Positions 26,376 to 38,484 of a DNA stretch of 64,000 nt are shown here, piece after piece. The position numbers and the translations under genes are program-made. Origin of the DNA: an uncultured Actinomycetota bacterium (GTDB taxonomy: Bacteria; Actinomycetota; Actinomycetes; CAVWCF01). Below the pieces are notes generated by a model, which made no database searches, was not told where the DNA came from, and was given only the letters and a program-made list of their open reading frames with translations. Location of the stretch: positions 672,001 through 736,000 of the forward strand of contig CAVWCF010000001.1 in NCBI GenBank assembly GCA_963753435.1, given 5' to 3'. Position 1 is the first letter of the stretch, and every line of letters starts with the position of its first letter.

Positions 26376-27668
26376 GTGCCCAAGCCGCAGTCACGATCCG
26401 TCGTCGTTTTGGGGCTGGCCGGACTTCTCGGAATCCCCGTTGCCTTGGCCTCCATTGCGTATCTGTGGGTGGTCCACGAGGTCCAGCACGTCCTCTTCGA
26501 GGCGCTGCCAACCGAACTCGGTATTGGCGGGCTGCCGTGGTGGTACCTGCTGCTCGTTTTGGCCATCGGCGGCGCGGCAACCGGGTTGGCGGTAACCCGA
26601 CTGCGCGGTAACGGCGGGCACCGGCCACTGGGCGGACTCGGCGGCGAGCCGGTTGCACCCAACGCGCTACTCGGCGTGCTCGCCGCGGCAGTAGCGTCCC
26701 TCGGCTTCGGCGCAGTTCTGGGTCCGGAGGCCCCGCTGCTGGCGATGGGTACCGCGCTCGGACTCGCGCTGGCCCGACTGGGCGGCTCATCCGGGGACGA
26801 GTTGTCGGTGGTGGCGGCGGCAGGCGCCTTTGGTGCCCTGAGCGCACTGCTGGGCGGTCCACTGATCGCGGCCATCCTGGTGCTGGAGTTGGCCGTCGTC
26901 ACCGCCCGCCCACTCGTCGCCATCGTTCCGGGCCTCTTCTCCGCCGGGGTCGGATACTTGGTCTTCGCCCAAACCAACGAGTGGGCCGGGGCGCCCGTGC
27001 CGTCGTTCTCCCTTGGCCTGCAACCGGTTGATGAGGTCCAACTCATCGATCTGGCCATCGGAGCCGTCGGGGTGCTGGCGATCGCCATCCTGATCCGTGC
27101 GGTGCTGGCGGGTGCGCGCTCGATCGAGTCCGGCGCCAGTCGACTTGCCAAGCCGGTTCTCACCACGGCCGCGGCCGGCGTCGGGGTCGCCGCTGCCGCA
27201 GTCGTGTTCCGTTGGATCACCGGGGAGTCCGTCGACTTGGTCCTGTTCTCCGGTCAGGAGTCGGCCGGAACGGTGCTCACCGACGGGACGCAGTGGAGTG
27301 CAGCGGTGCTGCTGGCGGTCATCACGGCCAAGGCAGCGGCGTATGCCCTCAGTCTTGGTGGCGGTTTCCGGGGCGGGCTGATCTTCCCAGCCATCTTCCT
27401 TGGCAGCGCGCTGGCGGCGCTCCTGGCGAACCTGCCCGGGGGCGCTAGCGCCCCCGCTCTGGCGACCATCGCGATCGCGGCCAGCGTCGCGGCGATCCTG
27501 CGACTGCCATTCACCGCTGCCGCGATCAGCGTGCTGCTGGTCGGAGCCAGCCCCGAAGCAATGGTCCTGGCCAGCATCGGTGCGGTTCTCGGTCTCTTGG
27601 GTGAGATGGCACTGGACCAGCGCACCCGCGAGGCCGAGGAACGGCTTGGCGCAGGTGCACCGCAGTAA
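26376..27668 (+). CDS. ClC chloride-channel family protein
   Basis: LGPEAP and GGFRGGLIFP motifs, many TM segments. Confidence 0.8.
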   Translation: MPKPQSRSVVVLGLAGLLGIPVALASIAYLWVVHEVQHVLFEALPTELGIGGLPWWYLLLVLAIGGAATGLAVTRLRGNGGHRPLGGLGGEPVAPNALLGVLAAAVASLGFGAVLGPEAPLLAMGTALGLALARLGGSSGDELSVVAAAGAFGALSALLGGPLIAAILVLELAVVTARPLVAIVPGLFSAGVGYLVFAQTNEWAGAPVPSFSLGLQPVDEVQLIDLAIGAVGVLAIAILIRAVLAGARSIESGASRLAKPVLTTAAAGVGVAAAAVVFRWITGESVDLVLFSGQESAGTVLTDGTQWSAAVLLAVITAKAAAYALSLGGGFRGGLIFPAIFLGSALAALLANLPGGASAPALATIAIAASVAAILRLPFTAAAISVLLVGASPEAMVLASIGAVLGLLGEMALDQRTREAEERLGAGAPQ

Positions 27669-28592
27669 TCAGTTCGGCCGCACCCCGGTAACGGATACGT
27701 TGTAGAAAGCCGCGGCCGGAACGACCCGTTCGAAGACGTTTCGGTCCACCCAGGACAGCGAGGTCCACGACCGATAGGCGGCCATCCGCCACCGGTCACC
27801 GAGGCGGTCGGGGTTCACCGCCGCCTCCACGGTCCGGATCGGCCAACCCAGCCAGGCCGCCGTCAACTCATCGGTCACCGTTTGCACATCAACCGCCCCG
27901 GATCGCAAGGCGGTTCGGGCCAACTCCGCCGGATCAAACGTGTGCTGGTCCACGACCGCTTCCAGCGCCGCAGCCGCGCTCGACTCGCGCAACTCGTCCA
28001 TCGGACGCGCCCACCGACGCAGGCCTGGTCGCTGCGTCAGCCAGGTGCTCGCCGCCCATGTTGCCGACGAGAGTCGCCGGGCGACAGCGTTGCCGATGCG
28101 CGTGGGCTCACCGGCGAAGACGAACCGACCACCCGGCCGAAGCACTCGCAGAACTTCGCCGAATGCGGAATCGAGGTCGGGTATGTGGTGCAGCACTGCG
28201 TGCCCGACAACCAGGTCGAAGGCCCGGTCGGGCAGCGGCAACGACTCAGCGTCCGCGATTGAACCGCCAACGGAGAACCCCAGAGTCGCGGCGTTGCGCT
28301 GCGCCGCGGCGACCATGCCCGGCGAAAGGTCAGTGACCGTTCCGGACTCAATGACTCCGGCTGCCATGAGGTTGAGCATGAAGAAGCCGGTACCCGCACC
28401 GATCTCGAGCGCGTTCGCATAGGGCTGGCCGTCCCATTCGGTCGCATGCCGGAAGCGGTCCAGTACGTACGACTGACAGCGCTCGTCGAAGTCGATGGAC
28501 CATTTGGCGTCGTAGGTGTCGGCCTCATAGTCGTGGTAGAGCACGTTGGCCAATTTCGGGTCCGTTCGGGCGGCCTCCCAGTCGATGCTCAT
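27669..28592 (-). CDS. class I SAM-dependent methyltransferase (Rv3038c-like)
   Basis: LEIGAGTG, GHAVLHH and LRPGG motifs. Confidence 0.9.
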   Translation of the reverse strand: MSIDWEAARTDPKLANVLYHDYEADTYDAKWSIDFDERCQSYVLDRFRHATEWDGQPYANALEIGAGTGFFMLNLMAAGVIESGTVTDLSPGMVAAAQRNAATLGFSVGGSIADAESLPLPDRAFDLVVGHAVLHHIPDLDSAFGEVLRVLRPGGRFVFAGEPTRIGNAVARRLSSATWAASTWLTQRPGLRRWARPMDELRESSAAAALEAVVDQHTFDPAELARTALRSGAVDVQTVTDELTAAWLGWPIRTVEAAVNPDRLGDRWRMAAYRSWTSLSWVDRNVFERVVPAAAFYNVSVTGVRPN

Positions 28593-29368
28593 CTGCCGGA
28601 GAACCGAGCCCGACCCGGCCCTTCGGTCACGAACGACGTCATTCCCGCAGCCTGGTCCGCAGTGGCGAACAGAGCCGCGAACTGAATTCGCTCCAACTCC
28701 AGACCAGCCGGCAGGTCAAGTCCGAGCCCGGAGTCGATGGCCTCCTTGGCTGCGCGCAGGGCATACGCCGGACCCGAAACGAACTGCTCGGCCCAGGCCC
28801 TCGCCGCGGCGTAGACCTCGGCAGCAGGCACGGTCCGGTCCACCAATCCGATGCTCAGTGCTTCCTCCGCCGCAACGAAACGGCCCGTGAAGATCAGGTC
28901 CTTCGCGCGTGACGGTCCGATCAGCCGTGGCAACCGTTGGGTGCCACCGGCCCCGGGAATGATCCCCAACGTGATCTCCGGCTGACCCAGCGTGGCGTCC
29001 TCCGCCGCAATACGGAAGTCGCACGCAAGAGCCAACTCACAGCCGCCGCCAAGTGCATAGCCGTTGATCGCCGCGACCGTGGGCTTGGGCAGCTCCGCAA
29101 GCACGTTGAGGCACTCCTGCAACCGCTTGGAACGGTCGACCGCATCGGTGTAGGACCAGCCGGCCATCTGCTTGACATCGGCACCGGCGGCGAACACTCG
29201 CTCCCCGCCGTAGACGACTACTGCGCGTACGTCGGACCGGTCGCCCGCCGCCGCGGCCGCTTCGGCAATCTCGTCCTGCATCTGCGCGTCGAGGGCGTTC
29301 ATCTTTGGCCGGTCCAGCCGGATGGTCGCAACACCGTTGTCAATCTCCAGGCGCACCCACTCGGCCAT
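28589..29368 (-). CDS. enoyl-CoA hydratase/isomerase (EchA17-like)
   Basis: FAAGAD, ALGGGCELALACD and GQPEITLGIIPGAGGTQRL motifs. Confidence 0.93.
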   Translation of the reverse strand: MAEWVRLEIDNGVATIRLDRPKMNALDAQMQDEIAEAAAAAGDRSDVRAVVVYGGERVFAAGADVKQMAGWSYTDAVDRSKRLQECLNVLAELPKPTVAAINGYALGGGCELALACDFRIAAEDATLGQPEITLGIIPGAGGTQRLPRLIGPSRAKDLIFTGRFVAAEEALSIGLVDRTVPAAEVYAAARAWAEQFVSGPAYALRAAKEAIDSGLGLDLPAGLELERIQFAALFATADQAAGMTSFVTEGPGRARFSGR

Positions 29369-29435
29369 CAACGTCTCCATTCGTTTGGCACCGGCTGCGG
29401 TCACCCTAACCACGCACCTGGATAGGTTCCGCGAC

Positions 29436-31385
29436 ATGCGGGACCGCTTTGCGTTCTTGGACGCCCACCCGGAGTTGAACGGTGGGCGGTGGCCGGCTCG
29501 GGCCGTGCCCGACGAAGAAGTGCCGGTGGCGGTGACCCTCGCCTGCGACGGGCATGCGGTGATCCGGGCACAGGCGCAACTGCAGGGGCCGGACGGCACC
29601 GCGCAGGTGTCCGAGTTGGTTGAAGTCCACTCCGGCACCGACCGTTGGAGCGGCTCACTGACCCCCGCGACCACGGGTTCGCACCGAATCCAGTTCCGCG
29701 CCTGGATCGACCGCTACCTCACTTGGCGCAGGGCCGCGGAAGTGAAGGTGACCGCCGAAGTCGATGTGGAGTTGACGCTGTTGGCGGGCGCCGGACTCCT
29801 CCAGCAGGCCCTACGCACAGCAACGGATAGCGGCCGAACCGATGATGCCGCGTTGCTGCGGCAGGCCAACCAGGCCCTCGCCGATCCCGAGCTCAGCGCC
29901 GAGCAGCGGCTCTTGGCAGGCACGGACCCGGGAGTCGCTGCCGTCCTGCACCGGCACCCGCTCACCGAGGACCTGTGCACGTCTGTCCCGCTGCCGCTGC
30001 AGGTCGACCGCGACCGGGCACTCGTCGGCTCCTGGTACGAGTTCTTTCCGCGTTCGGAGGGTGCTGACGCCGACCGCTCGGGCACGTTCGCGACGGCCGC
30101 GCGCCGACTGCCGGGCATCGCGGCCATGGGCTTCGACGTGGTCTACCTGCCACCGGTCCATCCGATCGGCTTCAGCCAGCGAAAAGGTCGCCACGGAACC
30201 CTGCCCGCCGCCGCAGCCGACCCCGGATCTCCCTGGGCGGTGGGCTCGGTGGCCGGGGGCCACGACGCCATCCACCCAGACCTGGGCGGGACCGAGGAGT
30301 TCGCGGCCTTCATGGCGGCCGCAGCTGAGCTGGGACTGGAAGTGGCGCTGGACCTGGCGCTACAGGCATCCCCGGACCATCCGTGGCTGCGCGCGCACCC
30401 GGAGTGGTTCGCCCGGCGACCGGACGGCTCGATCGCGCACGCCGAGAACCCCCCGAAGCAGTACGAGGACATCCATCCGTTGTCGTTCGCAACCGACCCG
30501 GACGGACTCACCGCCGAAGTCGTGCGGATCATCCGCTTCTGGATGCAGCACGGGGTCCGGATCTTCCGGGTGGACAACCCCCACACCAAGCCGCTTTGGT
30601 TCTGGGAGTCGGTGCTTTCGCAGATCCGCGACACCGACCCCGACGTGGTCTTCTTGTCCGAGGCGTTCACCCGTCCCACGATGCTGCAAACCCTGGCCAA
30701 GACCGGCTTCCACCAGTCCTACACCTACTTCACCTGGCGAACGGGTCGGGATGAACTGGCCGACTACCTGGACGAACTGTCCAACCGTACGGGCCACTTC
30801 CTGCGGCCGAACCTGTTCGTGAACACCCCGGACATCCTGCACGGATCACTGCAGACCGCAGGGCCGCCGATGTTCGCCATCAGGGCGATCATCGCCGCTA
30901 CCGCGTCGCCGTCCTGGGGCATGTACTCCGGCTACGAGTTGTTCGAGAACCAACCGGCGCAACCAGGCAGCGAGGAGTACTACGACTCCGAGAAGTACCG
31001 GTATCTGCCGCGGGACTGGGCCGGGGCGGCGGCGCGTGGCCGCACACTCGCCCCGCTGCTGACGCAACTGAACGCAATTCGGTCGCGACACATCGCATTG
31101 CAGCGACTGCGTGGACTACGCGTGCACCACGCCGAAGACGACCTCATGCTCGCGTACTCCCGGACGGCCAAGGGGCCGGCCGGACCGGACACTGTGCTGA
31201 CCGTCGTTTCCCTGGACCCCGATCGGCAGCGCAGCGGCGTGGTCCACGTCGACCCGGCCACCGTCGGCGGTCGCAACTGCTTCAAGGTGCAGGACGAACT
31301 CAGCGGTGAGACGTGGGACTGGGAGCCTGGCCAGGAAGTGACCTTGAATCCGGACCGACCCGCGGTAATCCTCAGCGTGTCCTGA
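29436..31385 (+). CDS. glgE: alpha-1,4-glucan:maltose-1-phosphate maltosyltransferase
   Basis: WYEFFPRS, AENPPKQYEDI, FRVDNPHTKP, FLSEAFT and FVNTPDIL motifs. Confidence 0.92.
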   Translation: MRDRFAFLDAHPELNGGRWPARAVPDEEVPVAVTLACDGHAVIRAQAQLQGPDGTAQVSELVEVHSGTDRWSGSLTPATTGSHRIQFRAWIDRYLTWRRAAEVKVTAEVDVELTLLAGAGLLQQALRTATDSGRTDDAALLRQANQALADPELSAEQRLLAGTDPGVAAVLHRHPLTEDLCTSVPLPLQVDRDRALVGSWYEFFPRSEGADADRSGTFATAARRLPGIAAMGFDVVYLPPVHPIGFSQRKGRHGTLPAAAADPGSPWAVGSVAGGHDAIHPDLGGTEEFAAFMAAAAELGLEVALDLALQASPDHPWLRAHPEWFARRPDGSIAHAENPPKQYEDIHPLSFATDPDGLTAEVVRIIRFWMQHGVRIFRVDNPHTKPLWFWESVLSQIRDTDPDVVFLSEAFTRPTMLQTLAKTGFHQSYTYFTWRTGRDELADYLDELSNRTGHFLRPNLFVNTPDILHGSLQTAGPPMFAIRAIIAATASPSWGMYSGYELFENQPAQPGSEEYYDSEKYRYLPRDWAGAAARGRTLAPLLTQLNAIRSRHIALQRLRGLRVHHAEDDLMLAYSRTAKGPAGPDTVLTVVSLDPDRQRSGVVHVDPATVGGRNCFKVQDELSGETWDWEPGQEVTLNPDRPAVILSVS

Positions 31386-31436
31386 AGTTACTCACGCGCC
31401 CTGATCTGGGCTGAACACCGGCCGGAAAGCGGGTGG

Positions 31437-32351
31437 TCAGAACAGCGCGTTGGCCAAGGCGGTGCGCGCCTTGCCGACTCGCGGATCCGTGTCCCCCACC
31501 ACGCCGAACAATTCGACAAGGCGTTCGCGGGCCTGGGCCCGCTCGGCTCCTTCGGCGTCGACGATCACGGCGATGAGTCGCGCAAAGGCCTCATCCACGC
31601 GGTCAAGGAGAAGTTCCGCGTCGGCCGCATCCAACTGCGACTTGATGTCACCCGGCGCTGCTGAGGACACCAGCGCCGCCAGGTCGGCGCCGCTGACGCG
31701 CTGCATCAGCTGCACGCGCGCGAGACCGATGGCGGCGTCCGCGTCGCCGGGACGTTCCGACAGCACGTTGCGATAGGCCTGCTCGGCACCAGCGAGGTCG
31801 CCACCGGCCAACGCCTCCTCGGCTGCGGCCAGCGACGGGTCAACCGGTGCCGCGCTGGCGTCGGCGGCAGCGGCTGGCGCCTGCCCACCGGTCGCCTGCA
31901 GCAACTCGTCGATGAATTGCCGCAACTGCGGCTCCGGCAGGGCCCCCATGAAGCCGGGGATGGGCTGACCCTGCCAAACCGCGTAAACGGTCGGGATGGA
32001 CTGGATCTGAAAAGCCTGCGCCAGGCGCTGCTCGGCATCGGTGTCGACCTTGACCAGGACGAAGGCGCCCGCGTACTCCGCGACCAGCTTCTCCAGTAGC
32101 GGCGACAACTGCTTGCACGGGCCGCACCACTCCGCCCAGAAGTCCAGCAGCACCGGCACTGTCATGGAACGGTCGATGACGTCTGCCTGGAACGTCGCCT
32201 CGGTCGTATCCAAGACGAGTGCGGCGGTCGGAGCCGCTCCGGTCGAGTCGGCTTGGGCCCTAGCGCTCTCGGCCCGCTTGCGGGCCTCGGTCTGGGCGGC
32301 CACAGCAGCCAGATCCACGGCCCCGGCGGTGTTGAAGGTTGGCATGCTCAC
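31437..32351 (-). CDS. ybbN: thioredoxin-TPR co-chaperone (YbbN/CnoX-like)
   Basis: WAEWCGPCKQL thioredoxin domain followed by a helical TPR C-terminus. Confidence 0.88.
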   Translation of the reverse strand: MSMPTFNTAGAVDLAAVAAQTEARKRAESARAQADSTGAAPTAALVLDTTEATFQADVIDRSMTVPVLLDFWAEWCGPCKQLSPLLEKLVAEYAGAFVLVKVDTDAEQRLAQAFQIQSIPTVYAVWQGQPIPGFMGALPEPQLRQFIDELLQATGGQAPAAAADASAAPVDPSLAAAEEALAGGDLAGAEQAYRNVLSERPGDADAAIGLARVQLMQRVSGADLAALVSSAAPGDIKSQLDAADAELLLDRVDEAFARLIAVIVDAEGAERAQARERLVELFGVVGDTDPRVGKARTALANALF

Positions 32352-32410
32352 GGCCGCATTGTCTCAGGATGCGCTTGGAAACGCCGACCGCCCGGTGCCC
32401 GGGTGAGCGA

Positions 32411-34036
<1,626 letters not shown>

Positions 34037-34093
34037 CCCTTGAGAATGGCACAGTCGAGCACGGCGCGAGCCGCGCACGCGCGGGGAGGTGTG

Positions 34094-35740
34094 ATGACCA
34101 CGACGGTGACGTTGTTCCGCGGCACGATCCGGACCGGCGACCCAGCCGCGCCGACGGCGAAGGCGGTGGCGGTCACCGGTGGCGTGATCAGCGGAACCGA
34201 CGAAACAGCGTTCGCCCAAGCCCGCGCGGCCGACGACTGCGAAGAGATAGAAGCCACCGGCGCGCTGTTGCCGTCGTTCGGCGACGGGCACTGTCACCCC
34301 TTGTTCGGCGGCCTCGAGGACGAGGGTCCGTCGATCAGCGACGCCAGCTCAGTCCAGGAGATCCTGGAGTCCGTCGCCCGGTGGGCGGCCGAGCACCCCA
34401 ACGAACCGTGGGTGCGCGGCGGCTCCTACGAGGCGGCGCTGGCGCCGCATGGCGAGTTCGACGCAAAGTGGCTCGACAGCGTGGTTCCCGATCGGCCCGT
34501 GGCGCTGCGCGCTTCGGACTATCACACGCTGTGGTGCAACTCGGCCGCGCTGCGGCTGGCCGGCATCAACCGCGACACGCCCGATCCCGACTTGGGATTC
34601 ATCGTCAGGCGGCCGGACGGCGAACCGCTCGGGACGTTGCGGGAGTGGCACGCGTGCGACCTGGTCCTCAATGCCCAGCCGCCCTACCGCCCCGAAACGC
34701 TGCAAGCGGCCCTGCTGCGCGCCGGACGACGGATGGCGGCAGCGGGGGTGACGTGGTGGCAGGACGCCTGGGTCGACCCCGGTTCCGGGGTCATCGACGC
34801 ATACCTCGCCGTAGCCGACACGCTGCCGGTGCGCGCCGACCTCGCGTTGCGGGCCGATCCAGATCGCTGGCGCGAGCAGGTGCCGGAGTTCGTCGAGATC
34901 CGGGACCGGCTGGCCGGGTCTCCGACCGCAGCGGGTGTCACTGCGCGCACAGTCAAGTTCTTCGCCGACGGCGTGATCGAGGGCGGAACCGCGGCGCTGC
35001 TGGACGGCTACGCCGACGGGTCCGGTGTGCCCACCGATCGCGGCATGCCGGTCTGGGAACCTTCGGAACTGGCCGAGGCTGCGGTCGTGTTCAGCCGGGC
35101 CGGATTCGGCCTGCACTTGCATGCGATCGGTGACGCGGCGATCCGGTCCGCGCTGAACGCAATTGGCCGCGCGATCGCCCTTACCGGGCCACTACCGAAA
35201 CCACCGGTCATCGCCCACTGCCAACTCATCGACGCGGCCGACCTGCCGCGGTTCGCGGCCCTCGGGGTCATCGCCAACCTCGAGCCGTTATGGCTGTGTC
35301 TGGAGCCGGGCATGACCGAGTTGACGTTGCCCAGGCTAGGTGACCGTGGAGACGCCCAGTACCCACTGGCGGACCTCATCCGCTCCGGGGCCACGGTGTC
35401 GTTCGGGTCGGACTGGCCCATCTCCAGCGAAGTCCCGATGGCCGGTATCGCCACGGCGGTGAGCCGGCAGACCGAGACGGGTGAGCCCCCCGGCGGCTGG
35501 ACGCCGTGGCAACGGATCTCACTGGCCCAAGCGCTGAACGCCTATTCCGCCGCGGTAGCGACCCAAGCCGGGGAGGCTGGGACGTGGGGGCGAATCGCCG
35601 TGGGCAAGCGCGCCGATTTGGTGCTCCTCGACGCTGACCCATACGAGGTGGCGACCTCTGACCTGGCCGGGATCGCGGCCCTGGGCACATGGGCGTCGGG
35701 ACGGCGCACGCACGAGGACACCGGTCAGTCGAGCAGTTGA
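34094..35740 (+). CDS. amidohydrolase 3 family (YtcJ-like) metallohydrolase
   Basis: DGHCH, KFFADG, HAIGD, FGSDWP and GKRADLVLLD motifs. Confidence 0.88.
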   Translation: MTTTVTLFRGTIRTGDPAAPTAKAVAVTGGVISGTDETAFAQARAADDCEEIEATGALLPSFGDGHCHPLFGGLEDEGPSISDASSVQEILESVARWAAEHPNEPWVRGGSYEAALAPHGEFDAKWLDSVVPDRPVALRASDYHTLWCNSAALRLAGINRDTPDPDLGFIVRRPDGEPLGTLREWHACDLVLNAQPPYRPETLQAALLRAGRRMAAAGVTWWQDAWVDPGSGVIDAYLAVADTLPVRADLALRADPDRWREQVPEFVEIRDRLAGSPTAAGVTARTVKFFADGVIEGGTAALLDGYADGSGVPTDRGMPVWEPSELAEAAVVFSRAGFGLHLHAIGDAAIRSALNAIGRAIALTGPLPKPPVIAHCQLIDAADLPRFAALGVIANLEPLWLCLEPGMTELTLPRLGDRGDAQYPLADLIRSGATVSFGSDWPISSEVPMAGIATAVSRQTETGEPPGGWTPWQRISLAQALNAYSAAVATQAGEAGTWGRIAVGKRADLVLLDADPYEVATSDLAGIAALGTWASGRRTHEDTGQSSS

Positions 35741-36660
35741 TCCACAGCTGCAAAGGCGTCGAGGTCACCGCTGGCCACGCGAGCGGCCAACGACTGCAAC
35801 CGCTCCGGGTCGAGGCGGCGGCGTAGCGCGCCGAGCACCAGCCCCTCGACTTCGGCAACAGCTCGCTGCACCCGTCGTCGCCGTCCTTCCCCGCTGTCGC
35901 GCAGGTACTCCTGATGCCGGTCGAGTTCGGTGACCAGTTCCGCCATGCCCTCGCCGGTCGAAGCCACCGTCCGGACCACCGGCGGACGCCACTGCCCCGC
36001 CTCCAAGCCACCCAAGGTGAGCATGGATCGCAACTCCCGCATGGTGGCGTCGGCGCCGTCGCGATCCGCCTTGTTCACTGCGAACACATCGCCCACCTCG
36101 AGGATGCCGGCCTTGGCGGCTTGGATGCCGTCACCCATACCCGGAGCCAGCAGGACGACAGTCGTGTCGGCGCTGGCGGCTACCTCGACTTCGGACTGCC
36201 CGACCCCGACGGTCTCGAGGATCACGACGTCGAAACCGACACCGGCGAGCACACGGGCCGCCTGCGGCGTGGCCGCGGCCAGTCCCCCCAGATGTCCCCG
36301 AGAGGCCATGGACCTGATGAAGACGCCCTCGTCGCCGGCGTGCTCGGACATGCGCACTCGGTCCCCCAACAGCGCACCGCCGGTGAAGGGACTTGAGGGG
36401 TCCACCGCAAGCACCCCGACACGCTCGCCGCGCTCACGGAATGCCCGGATCAACGCGTTTGTGGTGGTCGACTTGCCGACCCCGGGGGAACCGGTGATCC
36501 CGATGATCCGCACGTCGGAACCGGCGCCCGCCAGCGCGGCCATGGCCTCGGGCAACTGCTCGGAGCCGTCCTCAACCACGGACAGCAGGCGCGCCACCGC
36601 GCGTGCTTGCCCGGAACGGGCTGCGGTTACCAGCGCCGCCACGTCAATGGCGTTGGCCAT
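35725..36660 (-). CDS. meaB: mutase-associated GTPase chaperone
   Basis: GSPGVGKST, AVDPSSPFTGGALLGDRVRM, ETVGVGQSE and NKAD motifs. Confidence 0.96.
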   Translation of the reverse strand: MANAIDVAALVTAARSGQARAVARLLSVVEDGSEQLPEAMAALAGAGSDVRIIGITGSPGVGKSTTTNALIRAFRERGERVGVLAVDPSSPFTGGALLGDRVRMSEHAGDEGVFIRSMASRGHLGGLAAATPQAARVLAGVGFDVVILETVGVGQSEVEVAASADTTVVLLAPGMGDGIQAAKAGILEVGDVFAVNKADRDGADATMRELRSMLTLGGLEAGQWRPPVVRTVASTGEGMAELVTELDRHQEYLRDSGEGRRRRVQRAVAEVEGLVLGALRRRLDPERLQSLAARVASGDLDAFAAVDQLLD

Positions 36661-37851
36661 TCAGGAAGCAGGAACCGTAAGGATCAGCGCGTCACCCTGG
36701 CCGCCGCCGCCACACAGTGCGGCCGCACCTCGGCCGCCGCCGCGGCGGCGAAGCTCCAGAGCCAAAGTCAGCGCCAGGCGGGCGCCGGACATGCCGACCG
36801 GGTGCCCCAATGCAATGGCACCACCGTTGACGTTCACTTTTTCGTCCGGCAGGTCCAGCGCGCGCTGGCTGACCAGGCCCACAGCAGCGAAGGCTTCGTT
36901 GATCTCGACCAGGTCCAGGTCCGAGACGTCCAACTGCTGCTTGGCCAGAGCCACCCTGATGGCATTGGCCGGCTGTTCGTGCAGGCTCGGATCCGGTCCG
37001 GCCACGACGCCGTGCGCGCCGATCTCGGCCAGCCAGGTCAGCCCTCGGGCTTCTGCGGCCGCCTTGCTCATGACGACGACGGCGGCGGCGCCATCGGAGA
37101 TCTGCGACGCGTTGCCGGCAGTAATCGTGCCGTCCTTTGTGAAGGCCGCACGAAGCCCCGAAAGGCTGTCGGCGGTGGTGTCCGGGCGGATGCCCTCGTC
37201 GGCGCTGACCACGACCGGGTCGCCCTTGCGCTGGGGGATGGTGACCGGGGCGATCTCCTCGTCGAACAAACCGTTCTTCGCAGCCGCCGCGGCCCGCTGG
37301 TGACTGCGGGCGGCGAACTCATCCTGGTCCGCCCGCGTCAGGCCGTAGCGGCTGTTGTAGTTCTCGGTGGACTCGCCCATTGCGCATTCGTCGAAGGCGC
37401 AGGTGAGCCCGTCGAACAGCATCGAGTCGATCATCTTCCAATCGCCGAACTTGACGCCCTCCCGCGAACCCACGAGCAGGTGCGGTGCGTTGGTCATGGA
37501 TTCCATGCCGCCGGCGACCACCACCTCGAACTCCCCGGCGCGGATCAGTTGATCGGCCAGTGCGATCGCATCGAGGCCGGACAGGCAGACCTTGTTGATC
37601 GTCAGGGCCGGCACGGACATCGGGATCCCGGCCGCAACGGCCGCCTGGCGGGCGGTGATCTGTCCAGTGCCGCCCTGAAGGACCTGGCCCATGACCACGT
37701 AGTCGATGTCGTCGCCGGAAACGCCGGACCGCTGCATCGCGGCCTCGATGGCAACCGCCCCGAGTTGGGCACCACTGAGCGACTTCAACCCGCCGGACAG
37801 TCGCCCCATCGGGGTGCGGGCTCCGGCAACGATGACGCTGGGTCCGGGCAT
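36661..37851 (-). CDS. acetyl-CoA C-acetyltransferase (thiolase)
   Basis: [20 protein letters not shown] and CGGGG motifs. Confidence 0.95.
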   Translation of the reverse strand: MPGPSVIVAGARTPMGRLSGGLKSLSGAQLGAVAIEAAMQRSGVSGDDIDYVVMGQVLQGGTGQITARQAAVAAGIPMSVPALTINKVCLSGLDAIALADQLIRAGEFEVVVAGGMESMTNAPHLLVGSREGVKFGDWKMIDSMLFDGLTCAFDECAMGESTENYNSRYGLTRADQDEFAARSHQRAAAAAKNGLFDEEIAPVTIPQRKGDPVVVSADEGIRPDTTADSLSGLRAAFTKDGTITAGNASQISDGAAAVVVMSKAAAEARGLTWLAEIGAHGVVAGPDPSLHEQPANAIRVALAKQQLDVSDLDLVEINEAFAAVGLVSQRALDLPDEKVNVNGGAIALGHPVGMSGARLALTLALELRRRGGGRGAAALCGGGGQGDALILTVPAS

Positions 37852-37945
37852 GTTTCCTCCCGAGTACGGGGCTGATTGGGCGGGTGCCACGATAGTCAGC
37901 ACGGCAGGTCGAATCGCGCCCGCCCCGTACTCGACAGGAGGTCGC

Positions 37946-38386
37946 ATGTCCGCGGTGTTGCCCGACGGCATGGTGGTTCGGATCGATCACGTGGGGATTG
38001 CGGTCGAAGACCTGGACGACGCCATCCGCTTCTACGAGCGTGCCTTCGGCTTTGAGTGCGTGCACCGGGAGCGCAACGAGGAGCAGGGCGTCAACGAAGC
38101 AATGCTGGCCATCGGCGAATCCGGCTCGATGCTGCAGTTGCTCAGCCCGCTGGGTCCGGACACCCCCATCGGCAAGTTCCTGCAGCGCAGCGGACCGGGA
38201 ATCCAGCAGATGGCCTACACCGTGACCGACGTGCGCGCGGCCGCCGCACATCTGCGTGCCCGAGGCCTGCGCCTGCTCTACGACGAGCCCAAGGTCGGGA
38301 CCGCGGGGTCGCTGATCAACTTCGTGCACCCCAAGGACGCCGGCGGCGTGCTGATCGAACTGGTGCAGCCGGGCGAGGACATCTGA
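37946..38386 (+). CDS. mce: methylmalonyl-/ethylmalonyl-CoA epimerase
   Basis: RIDHVGIAV and [16 protein letters not shown] motifs; RBS AGGAGG. Confidence 0.93.
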   Translation: MSAVLPDGMVVRIDHVGIAVEDLDDAIRFYERAFGFECVHRERNEEQGVNEAMLAIGESGSMLQLLSPLGPDTPIGKFLQRSGPGIQQMAYTVTDVRAAAAHLRARGLRLLYDEPKVGTAGSLINFVHPKDAGGVLIELVQPGEDI

Positions 38387-38435
38387 AGCCCAGACCCGAG
38401 TCCACAGCGGCCCACATGGGCTGATTCGCCTCATT

Positions 38436-38451
38436 GTTACTGGCCGGTAAT
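38436..38451 (+). promoter_or_regulatory. palindromic operator (copy 2) overlapping the -10 box TAATAT of ccrA
   Basis: GTTACTGGCCGGTAAT(AT). Confidence 0.65.
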
Positions 38452-38484
38452 ATCAGCGCCTAGTATTCGGTCGAGGAGGCCCAA

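Noticed and set aside
31387-31402. GTTACTC after glgE as a fourth operator
   Set aside because: Only a half-site, and it lies between convergent gene ends.
34037-34093. Cobalamin riboswitch ahead of the B12-related genes (icmA, ecm, pduO)
   Set aside because: The intergenic gaps are only about 50-65 nt and contain no B12-box.
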